A DNA stretch of 64,000 nt from Candidatus Acidiferrales bacterium (GTDB taxonomy: Bacteria > Bacteroidota > Ignavibacteria > Kryptoniales > JAKASW01). Position 1 is the stretch's first letter. Every line of letters begins with the position of its first letter. The stretch is from positions 45,703 to 109,702 of the forward strand of contig DATJAY010000016.1 in NCBI GenBank assembly GCA_035515795.1. Direction: 5' to 3'. A model generated the notes under the pieces. It did not search any database, was not told the DNA's origin, and saw nothing but the letters and a program-made list of their open reading frames with translations. Of this stretch, positions 28,177 through 37,500 are shown piece by piece. Both the position numbers and the translations under genes were made by a program.

Positions 28177-29268
28177 CGAAATGTCCGTCACACTTACCAG
28201 GTATGGGTAGCCATTGTTGATTCCACTGCTTATCGCCCAGACAGGAGTTGTGAAGTCCCAGCCTGAATCGGAAAAAGTCGATTGCAGCTTCATGTCGAGG
28301 GTAGTTTCGCCGGTGCCGCCGCCCGCGTTAGTGCCGTCGGTGGATTGGCCAGAAGTTTGCGTGTCCCAGAAACTGCTGTTAACCGTGGAAGTAAAACCAA
28401 AGCCGATGAGCCCTCCGATAAAAGATCCGCCGCTTACGCTTCCGGTGCTGTAGCTGTTGCTCACCGTGGAGGTAGCATTATAACCGACAAGTCCGCCTGC
28501 GCGCTGATCGGAACCGCTTACACTTCCGGTGCTGTAGCTGTTGCTTATTGTGGACAAAATATTATCCCCCACGAGTCCGCCGACATCGCTGCTGCCAGTA
28601 TTACTGCCGCTAACGCTCCCGGCAGCATAACTATTGCTTACCGCGGCGGAGTGATTTCCACCAACAAGTCCGCCGACGCCGTCAACGCCGCTGACGCTTG
28701 CAGTGCTGTAACTTTCGCTTACGGTAGAATTCTCGTTGTAACCCACAAGACCGCCGGCATAACCATCGCCGTTGACGATACCGGCGCTATGGCTGTTGCT
28801 TATTTCTGTAGAGTTGTGAGTATAGCCTACAAGACTGCCAACATAATTTGCCCCTGTAATATTTTCACCGGCAAGCCCGAGATTTTTTATCGTTGCTCCC
28901 TGGACGAAGCCAAACATCCCGATGCCGCTTGTGCCGCTACGGGAAATATACAAACCGGATATCGTGTGCCCGTCCCCATCATAGGTGCCGCCGAAAAGTG
29001 TTACACTGTTCCCTATGGTAGAGAAGCCTTGACCGGAATCCCAACCGGAGCTCGAGGAGGCATCAATGTTCGAGGTCTGTCTGAAATACGAATCCCACGA
29101 GCCGGAATTTTGTGTTATCCAATAAAGGTTCGCAAGCGAGTCGATCTGGTAAGGGTCACCAGATGCGCCGCTCCCCGAAGGGGCCACGGCGGTTTGTGAA
29201 AATGTAATGGTAGTGTTAAGCAGAAAAAATATTGTGACTTTTATGATTGTGTATGACTTTGTTTTCAT
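27577..29268 (-). CDS. T9SS cargo P5: GLUG-motif repeat protein plus shared tail
   Basis: Repeated [21 protein letters not shown] units (GLUG motif). Signal peptide. GGAGGAGAGC before the ATG. Shared 199-aa tail. Confidence 0.75.
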   Translation of the reverse strand: [563 protein letters not shown]

Positions 29269-29290
29269 GCTCTCCTCCTTCCTACTCCAA

Positions 29291-29557
29291 TCATCTTGAC
29301 ATAAACTGAACTAAAACGTAACCCACAACCAGAACCATCGTAACTACCGAAACCAGGTAACTCTTGTGTATCAAAAGATTCAGCCCCCTACTTGTTATCA
29401 GAAAACTTCCAACGATCGCGAGAACCGCCGCATTACAGTTGCAGCAGCGCTTCATCCTGGTTATTCCAATTGACTGTAAAAACCGCTGTACCTCTGTTGC
29501 TGGAGAATCAGGTTCAAGTTCGTTCAGGCATAAACACTCAGGACATATTCTTTTCAT
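29291..29557 (-). CDS. Small zinc-ribbon plus two-TM membrane protein, hypothetical
   Basis: CPEC...CCNC cysteine pairs followed by two hydrophobic spans. Its ATG lies 2 nt after the stop of the receiver gene. It ends 22 nt before the P5 start. Confidence 0.45.
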   Translation of the reverse strand: MKRICPECLCLNELEPDSPATEVQRFLQSIGITRMKRCCNCNAAVLAIVGSFLITSRGLNLLIHKSYLVSVVTMVLVVGYVLVQFMSR

Positions 29558-29559
29558 GG

Positions 29560-29916
29560 TCAGATCTCCTTTTTTATATCTGCGACAATGCGTCTCAACT
29601 CTGTCAGATTTTCTTTCGACACGAATGAATCTGCACCCGCTTCCGCAGCGGCCTTCCGATGCCGGTCATCGGCATATTCAGTTACTATCGTCACGCGCGA
29701 AGTTGGAAAAATGTTGTGAATCAATCGTGTAGCTTCGATCCCGTCCATACCGGGCATCCTAATATCCATGAGCACCCAGTCGGGTTTCTCAAAGATACAG
29801 GCGGCGAGTGCAGAACTTGCATCTGCGAATTCGATGACTTCATCGAACTGGTTCTGAACAATTTTTCTTATTGTCTCCCGAATTCTTGCGTTATCGTCCA
29901 CGATCATTATTTTCAT
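29560..29916 (-). CDS. Stand-alone response-regulator receiver (CheY-like) protein
   Basis: MKIMIVDDNARIRE... acidic pocket, phospho-acceptor LMDIRMPGMDG, conserved T and K regions. No output domain. Start placed at ATG 29916; the track ORF starts at 29958. Confidence 0.85.
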   Translation of the reverse strand: MKIMIVDDNARIRETIRKIVQNQFDEVIEFADASSALAACIFEKPDWVLMDIRMPGMDGIEATRLIHNIFPTSRVTIVTEYADDRHRKAAAEAGADSFVSKENLTELRRIVADIKKEI

Positions 29917-30128
29917 TACCGATTCAAATAACTCAAATTGGGACCGAAAGGAAATCATGGCCGGCCGTCATTTTTATGGTGGCTGGGCATCACGAGGTTT
30001 TGAGGGTGACGCCCTTATGCTTAACCTAACCAGATCTTTGTTTTTGTGGAACCTGTGGGTCGGTGCTTATTCAAAAGGTCCATCCTGAGGATCTTAACGC
30101 TCCTTGATCTCGGATTGGCTACGCAGCG

Positions 30129-30782
30129 TTACAGTAGTTCTTTCTTTTCCAACGCAAACCTTAGGAGGGCGTTGTTGCCCGTGATATTAAGCTTGCGGCA
30201 GATGTGCGAGCGATGGTTCTCGACTGTGTTGATGCTGATCGAAAGTTCTTCGGCGATATCTTTGCTTGTTTTGTTCTCAGAGATCAAACGCATGATTCGC
30301 CGCTCGCTTTGCGTAAGTTCTTCAAGCCCTGTACCATAATGCGACATCCCCCTGTTGCGCCTGACAAGGAACCCTGAAATGGAAGGGCTGATGTAATACT
30401 TCCCTTCCGATACCGCGGCCACGCTGTCTCGAATATCGGTAACCGCACTTTCTTTTAGTACGTATCCTCGCACACCGAAGTCTAGCGCTTTATTGAACAT
30501 TTTTTCTTCGTCGTACATAGTCAGCACTATTACATTGACATCGAGCCTCCGTCGCTCGATTTCCTTCATGACTTCAAGCCCGTTCATCCTCGGCATGTCT
30601 ATATCGAGGATGGCAATTTCGGGCTCAAGGCGTTCGATGGCATCCACGGCTTCAATTCCGTCGCCAGCCTCCGCTACTATCCGAAAAGTGGAGCGAAGCA
30701 CCTCGACCAGTCCTTTACGAAAGATCGGATGATCATCAGCGATTATTAGGGTTACTTCTTTATGCATCATGGAGCGGTACAT
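30129..30782 (-). CDS. NarL/LuxR-family response regulator (REC plus HTH_LuxR)
   Basis: LIIADDHPIFRKGL, DIDMPRMNG, and C-terminal LTQSERRIMRLISENKTSKDIAEELSISINTVENHRSHICRKL. Candidate starts at 30782, 30770 and 30767 all overlap the kinase stop (30760-30762). Confidence 0.9.
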   Translation of the reverse strand: MYRSMMHKEVTLIIADDHPIFRKGLVEVLRSTFRIVAEAGDGIEAVDAIERLEPEIAILDIDMPRMNGLEVMKEIERRRLDVNVIVLTMYDEEKMFNKALDFGVRGYVLKESAVTDIRDSVAAVSEGKYYISPSISGFLVRRNRGMSHYGTGLEELTQSERRIMRLISENKTSKDIAEELSISINTVENHRSHICRKLNITGNNALLRFALEKKELL

Positions 30783-33700
30783 TTATCGAGATTGTGGTTC
30801 CAGACCCGGGCAGGGACTCAATTTCGTAAGTCCCGTTGATTATTCGAACTCTCTCAGAGATGGAGTCTAATCCGAGTCCGCTGTTCCCATCCTTATCGCC
30901 ATCGGATGATGAAGAGTAAAAGCCAATTCCATTGTCTCGAACGACAATTTGCAGGCGGTTATTGAACCTGGCGACCGTCACCTGAGCTCCGGATGCTTTG
31001 GAATGTTTTACTATGTTGTTCAGAGATTCCTGAACGATTCTGTAAATATTTATCTCTGCTTCCTTCGTAAGCACACTGTCTATGTTATCGATGTCCATGG
31101 TGAAGGAAACACCGGATGAATCCCCAACCCTTTCGACCACGGATTTCAGTGCTTCAGTAATGCCGAACCTGTCAAGTTCGTACGGACGCAGGTTACGCGA
31201 AATCTCTCTCATCTCTTTCAGAGTACTTGATACTGTGTCGGATATTTCCGCGAGATGGTCACGGATATCTTCCGCCAACTCCGGTTTTTCCAGTGCTAGC
31301 AGCGCGCGATTTTTCACGACAAGCAGGTTCTGTCCGAGGCTGTCATGAATTTCTGCGGCAATACGTTTTCGCTCATTTTCCTGACTTTCGATGAGCCTTC
31401 GCGAGAACATTTCCCGCTGCCTCTTCTCTTTATTATATGCTGAAATACGCCGGAAGTAGATCGCGGGTCCAATCGAGACAAAAGCAGCAATAACGATTGC
31501 TCTGAACCACCATGTCATCCAGAACGGGGGAAGTACGAGGATCTGCAAGTTTGCCTCGCGGCTGCTCCACATTCCAGAACTATTAGTGCCTCTGACGACG
31601 AATGTGTATTTGCCCGGATCGAGGTTGGTGTAAGTCACGGTGCGTGAGGTGTTCGCCGGAATAAAATCCCTATCGAAGCCAATGAGTCTGTACTCGTACT
31701 TGTTCTTCCGTGGATCATTGAAATCGAGAGAGGCAAATGTAAGTGATAGCACGTTCTGTTTATAATCTAGTGTAATGCTTTTCGTGTTCTGAAGCGACTC
31801 GCTGAGCACGCCTGATTTGTCTCTGGCGGCAAGCGGTTTGCCGAATAAATCGATCCCTGTAATGACAATGTTCGGATCATAGTTTTCATGTTGCGATTCG
31901 TCTGGCTGGAATGCGTCGAAGCCGTTTATCCCGCCGAAGAATAACTCGCCACTAGGACTCTTGAAGTAAGCTCCTGTGTTATACTCGTTACCCTGCAAAC
32001 CGTCCGCCTGCTTGTATGTGGCGATCGATTTTGTGCGCGGGTCGAACTCAGCCAGCCCCTTATTCGTACTGAGCCAAAGAGTTCCTCCCTCATCCCTGAG
32101 TATACCGTAGACAACGTTGTCCGGCAGGCCGTCGGCCTCCGTGAACGTTGTTACCTCGCCGGTGTGAATATCGAGACGATCAAGTCCGCCACCTTCCGTG
32201 CCGATCCAGATGACATGTTGAAACGGATCGTGACACAGGGAGAGGGTAATGTTACTGCTGAGTCCTTTCTTTTCGTCCGATCCTTCTACGTAATGGGTGA
32301 ACGATTTTGTTTCAGGATTAAACCGCCACAGTCCCGTCCTGGATGTAATCCAGATCGACCCATCGCTGGTTTGACACATAGAAGTCGGAGGCGGATCGTT
32401 CTGCGGGCCTGGGTTCCTGTCAAAATAAAAATGGGACCAAGTGCCGGATTTGATGTTCAACTTATCGATGCAGCCGGGAGTCACAGCCCACATTGCACCA
32501 TGGCTGTCCTGAAAGAGTCCGGCAACGATTGAAGAGGATAAACTCGCGGGATCCTCGGGATGGTGGCTGAAATATCGGATGCTGTTATTGCGAATGTTCA
32601 TGCATGCGATGCCGAGATCGCTGGCAAACCACAATTTGCCATCCCGGTCTTGAAGGATGCTCCTCACAGGGTCGCTCATCTTAGTGTGGATGATTCCAAA
32701 GGTTTTCCGGCCACGGTTCATCATGTAAAACCCGCCGTAAGACGCGATCCAGAGTCTCCCCTCTGAATCCACGAGAATAGACCTGACGCTCTCGTTGGGC
32801 CAGCCGACCCCCGATTTTTCTGTGAAGGATTCGAAGTGAATTACATTTGGAGTATAGACGTACAATCCGTAACCGCCGGTGCCTATCCAGATGGCTCCGC
32901 TTTTGTCGCGCTTTATGCAAATAGCGCCGCTCTGTTGGTTCAGCAGGAGTTGGTGCTGATTGTCCTTGAGGTCAAGGAGAAAAATGCTGGAAAAGGTGCC
33001 GAGCCATAATCTGCCCCGCGTGTCCTCGCAGATGGTCCGAATTCCCCCCAGCTGCTGATGATTCGACCGACTGTCTTCAAAATACGAAACGAACAAGTTT
33101 CTCCGCTTATCGAGTTTATACAATCCTGCATTCGTTCCTGCCCAAATGTCTCCCATTGAATCCTGATAAAGCGATAATATTTCCGCGTTTATTTTGTCTG
33201 GAGGCGGCAGGAAGTTGTATTCTTTCACCTCCCTTTTGTTCGAACATGGATCGAACGAAAGCAGCTCTCCGCCGACCCCGGCCCAGAGAGTTCCGCTTCT
33301 ATCACATAACAATGCCGACACTACGTTGTTCGGAAACGCTTTTGTGTTTGAAGTGTCCCATTTCGAAACGTAGTATTTAAACGGGATATCACCTTGAGCC
33401 GACTTGGCACTGCCATGGTTGTCGGCAAAAGAGATCTCAACAAGCCCGTCGCCTGAAGTGCCAAACCAGAGATTGCCCTCGTTATCTTCGGCAATTGCAG
33501 CATCGCTGAATGGTCCTTTGATCGAATCCCCGATCCATACTCTGTGGAAGTTCTCAAAGCGCGGGTCATACACATCTAAACTGCCATACTGTGTTCCCAC
33601 CCATATTCTCCCCTTCTTGTCCTGAAAAAGAGCGGTAACAAAATTATCGGGGAGAGACACAGAATCGAACGGGTCATGAACGAAGACTTTGAAATTGTAA

Positions 33701-33921
33701 CCATCATACCGATCCAATCCGTCCTTCGTGCCAAACCAGACAAATCCGCATGTGTCCTGTAAGATTGCGTATACAGAACTCTGCGATAATCCGTCGTCCG
33801 CTGTCAGGTGTCTGAGATAAGAGCCCACCATCTGGGAATATGAGGGTGCGGAGAACGATAGAACAGAAACTAAGAAAAGAATTGGCTGACGGTATCTACG
33901 CATGTATAATGTAGAAATCAA
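30760..33921 (-). CDS. Sensor histidine kinase with extracytoplasmic two-component-regulator propellers plus Y_Y_Y domain, one TM segment, HisKA_3 and HATPase
   Basis: Many W[FIA]GT propeller repeats (VWFGTKDGL, IWVGTQYG, LWFGTSGDG...). Y_Y_Y region (YEYRLIGFD...YTFVVR). TM segment WWFRAIVIAAFVSIGPAIYF. H-box AAEIHDSLGQNL. G-boxes DNGIGF and GLGL. Confidence 0.85.
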   Translation of the reverse strand: MISTLYMRRYRQPILFLVSVLSFSAPSYSQMVGSYLRHLTADDGLSQSSVYAILQDTCGFVWFGTKDGLDRYDGYNFKVFVHDPFDSVSLPDNFVTALFQDKKGRIWVGTQYGSLDVYDPRFENFHRVWIGDSIKGPFSDAAIAEDNEGNLWFGTSGDGLVEISFADNHGSAKSAQGDIPFKYYVSKWDTSNTKAFPNNVVSALLCDRSGTLWAGVGGELLSFDPCSNKREVKEYNFLPPPDKINAEILSLYQDSMGDIWAGTNAGLYKLDKRRNLFVSYFEDSRSNHQQLGGIRTICEDTRGRLWLGTFSSIFLLDLKDNQHQLLLNQQSGAICIKRDKSGAIWIGTGGYGLYVYTPNVIHFESFTEKSGVGWPNESVRSILVDSEGRLWIASYGGFYMMNRGRKTFGIIHTKMSDPVRSILQDRDGKLWFASDLGIACMNIRNNSIRYFSHHPEDPASLSSSIVAGLFQDSHGAMWAVTPGCIDKLNIKSGTWSHFYFDRNPGPQNDPPPTSMCQTSDGSIWITSRTGLWRFNPETKSFTHYVEGSDEKKGLSSNITLSLCHDPFQHVIWIGTEGGGLDRLDIHTGEVTTFTEADGLPDNVVYGILRDEGGTLWLSTNKGLAEFDPRTKSIATYKQADGLQGNEYNTGAYFKSPSGELFFGGINGFDAFQPDESQHENYDPNIVITGIDLFGKPLAARDKSGVLSESLQNTKSITLDYKQNVLSLTFASLDFNDPRKNKYEYRLIGFDRDFIPANTSRTVTYTNLDPGKYTFVVRGTNSSGMWSSREANLQILVLPPFWMTWWFRAIVIAAFVSIGPAIYFRRISAYNKEKRQREMFSRRLIESQENERKRIAAEIHDSLGQNLLVVKNRALLALEKPELAEDIRDHLAEISDTVSSTLKEMREISRNLRPYELDRFGITEALKSVVERVGDSSGVSFTMDIDNIDSVLTKEAEINIYRIVQESLNNIVKHSKASGAQVTVARFNNRLQIVVRDNGIGFYSSSSDGDKDGNSGLGLDSISERVRIINGTYEIESLPGSGTTISINVPLHDA

Positions 33922-33970
33922 AACACGACTACAAAGTTCCCGAATTGGAATGGCTCAGCTTCGATCCCGG

Positions 33971-34076
33971 GTCATGCCGGCCCCGCCATGGGCGGGATGA
34001 ACTCCTGCCGGAATCCCAAATTGGTTCTGGATGTCAGCTGGAGTTTACCCGGTGCTTGGCACGGGGCTGGCATGAC
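33971..34076. repeat. REP/MITE-like palindromic element in the divergent intergenic region
   Basis: 14-nt inverted arms GTCATGCCGGCCCC (33971-33984) and GGGGCTGGCATGAC (34063-34076) with one mismatch. Inner hairpin CCCGCC-ATG-GGCGGG (33982-33996). Confidence 0.4.
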
Positions 34077-34533
34077 AATCGTTATCACCAAAATAGCCCA
34101 CTACCGGATCTTGACATTTATCGGATTCATTCTCAATTTCAGGATAAGCTGACATTCTTAGCCTGCTCGGGGCCGATGGGCGATCAGCCCTGACGGAATG
34201 AAGATCGATCTGATGAACTTCTGAAAAGAGGCGATGTCAGGTTTTCAAAACAAACTCGTCACAAAATTGAGATCTGACTCACGCGTGCACGTCGCCCAGG
34301 ATATAATGCCAATCAGCTGGTTTCAGTCAGCCGGAGGATTGGCAAAAATAAAAAAATCGAGGAGACTTTTATAGTGCCTGTGCCTGTCGCTCAGTATTCA
34401 ATCAGACCTTATGGAAGGAGCGAGAAGAAAAATGTGCTACCATCGAAGCGTATGTCAGGACAGAGGCGTAATGGAGAAGCCTTCATTAACAACTCCGACT
34501 AGTTTTGCGATGAGGGAATTAATTAGCTTTCCG

Positions 34534-37500
34534 ATGATGAAGGCGCTTATCGGGCTCGTGTTCCTGACTTTTTTCTCAGCTGCCTCGTGGGCTCAGACAC
34601 ATAACTCAGAATGGCCTAGCGTTTTTTTTAGCGGATATGATCATGTGACCCATGGAGGAGTCTTTAACTATCATTCTCCGGATCCGGAAATCAACGCATC
34701 CCTTCTTGTTCGATCGGAAGATTCGTCGGAGTATGTGGAATGGGAAACGGACAAAGTGCCCGCCGACTTTCATGGATCGCAGGCCTATTTCGTCTGGATG
34801 TTCGGTATCGCGGTCACGGCAAACGGTCACTCCTTCCATTTGTCTGTAAACGGCAAAGAACTTCTTTCCTTTCGCAATCCGACGGTCAGTGAAAAGAAAT
34901 CTTGGTCGTTGGATGGTGCAGGTGGATCCGAGCTTACGTTCATTCCGACCATGATCGATATGTACAATGACCTGATGGGATACGCTGTTTTGAGAATGCC
35001 TTTGAACGAGTTGAGGCTCGGACGAAGTCAGATTTTGCGAATCAACGGAGAGACCGCCGCAAGTCGGACATGGTACATGACTTTTGAATCGCCGGTTCAG
35101 GAAAAAATGAAAATAACACAACTTCCGTCTGCTGTCAGGGAAAACGGAGGAATCTATGATCTTCTTCGACTAGAAGTCACACATCTTGGAAGCCCGACAG
35201 CTGGGAAACTGTTTTTGAACGGGATTGCGAAGGAGACTTTCGATATCATCCCGGGCAGCAATTCATTCATCATGACGATACCGGAAGTTCATCACGACGA
35301 AATAATCGACGTGAAATTTGAAATGAAGGGGGCGACATTTCAGGATAGCATTCATGTCAATCCCGTCCGTGATTGGATTGTATACCTTGTGGAGCACACT
35401 CATACCGACGTTGGTTATACTGAGCCTCAAAACGAGATAATGCCTGAGCAATTGCGTTATATCGATTACGCTCTGGACTACTGCGATGAGACGGACGAGT
35501 ATCCGGAAGACGCCAGATTCAGGTGGACCTGTGAAACTGCTTGGGCAGTCCAGGAGTATCTCAGCGTCCGACCGAAACCACAAGTCGAAAGGCTCTTGAA
35601 AAGGATTAGAGAGGGCCGGATCGAAGTGACAGGATTATTTCTCAATATGTCGGACATGTATGACGAATCCTGTCTGTCCAATCTCATGAATGTTGTTAAG
35701 ACTTTCAAGAATGCAGGTATCGATGTTACGGCTGCGATGCAAGACGATGTGAATGGTGTACCATGGTGCCTGGTCGACTACCTGGAGAGTGCAGGGGTGA
35801 AATACTTAGATATGGGAGAGAACGTTGGACACGCACGAGAGCCGTTCGACATTCCTACGGCATTCTGGTGGGAATCGCCTTCCGGTCACAAGATACTCGC
35901 GTACCGCGGTGAACATTATCACTTTGGAAACATGCTTGGCATACTCGGTAACGAGGATAACTTTAAAGCCTCGCTCCTGCGTTACCTGAGGAATCTCGAA
36001 ACGAAAGCATACCCATTTGATAAAACCATGATCCAATTCAGCGGATATTGGATCGACGATTCGCCGCCTTCCATCGCTGCCTGCGATCTTGTAAAGAAAT
36101 GGAACGAGAAATTTGAATGGCCGAAGTTAAAGCTTGCCACGGTAAGCGGGTTTTTCAAAACGATGAACGAAGAGCACGGATCACAGCTTCCGACGTATCG
36201 GCTTGCCTGGCCCGATTGGTGGACCGACGGAGCCGGTTCGTCCGCGCTTGAGACTGCGTATGTCAGGGGCGCCCAATCGGATTTCATAGCGAATCAGGGA
36301 CTTCTATCGATGGCAATGCTGCTCGGTGCCGATATTAAACCGGATGAGCTGCGTGAAATGAATTCCGTCAATGAGAATATTGCATTCTACGACGAACACT
36401 CATTCGGGGCCGACGAGAGTATCACGGATCCGTTGTCTCTGAATTCTACGGTCCAATGGAACGAAAAGAGCGCGTTTGCATGGACTGCTGTGAAGGAGAA
36501 CGGACTTCTCCGCCAAGAATCATCGGGTCTTCTTAGAGAGTTTACGCCGAAATTGAAATTTCCATCGATCACGGTTTTCAATACGATGAACGTGGAACGG
36601 TCCGGGATAGCGGAGTTCTTTACGTATAATAGTTACCTGAAGTCAGGTAAGACCATGGCGGTCGTCGACGCAGCAGGGAATGAAGTCCCAATCGAGTTTG
36701 TAAAAGGCGGGCCCGGCGGAAACTATTGCGAGATTTATGCAAAGGATGTCCCAGCCTTTGGATACCGAACGTATAGAGTCATCGCTCGTGATCAACGATC
36801 TTCGCGGTTCGACACGCGAGACTTCACCGGAATATTGGAAAATCAATATTACAGGATCAAGATCGATTCCACTAAGGGTGGGATCGAAAGCCTGATCGAC
36901 AAATCTACGGGGCTCGACCTAGTAGACGCCAAAGCACCGTGGGAACTCGGTCAATTCATTTATGAAACGCTTCCGGATCGAAGATTACTCGATGCTCCAA
37001 ACTCGATTCCGTATTCTCCGGGTTTATTCACCAGAACTGGCATGACAAATGTGAGAATCGGCAGAGTGGTCGACGGCCCGATTTGGATGAGCGTAAACAT
37101 AACGGGGCAGGTGACCGGATGTGCGGACAGTAATGGGGTCACATGCGAGATAAGACTTTACAAGACCGAGAAACGCGTTCAATTCGTTTATTCCATGATC
37201 AAGTTGCAGGTCTTCACGCCCGAAGCGGTGTATGTGGCTTTCCCGTTTGAATCTCAAGGTGGTCACCTGACTTTTGAAGTGCAAGGTGGGACAGTGATTC
37301 CGGGGAAAGGCCAGCTTCCCGGGTCGGCCTGCGATTGGAATGGAGTTCAAAACTTCGCTTCCGTTTGCAACAAAGACGCTCAAATAATCTTCGTAAGTCC
37401 GGAGGCACCTCTGATGGAATTCGGCGACATCAACACTGGGAAATGGCAGGAGGTGGCTCAAGTTGAGAAACCGTATATTTATTCTTACGTCCTCAATAAT

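Noticed and set aside
28282-29199. 305-aa plus-strand ORF antisense to the GLUG-repeat gene
   Set aside because: Shadow ORF of a repeat-rich GC-biased coding region. It has no RBS and no recognisable motif, and the minus-strand gene has a signal peptide, GLUG repeats and a T9SS tail.
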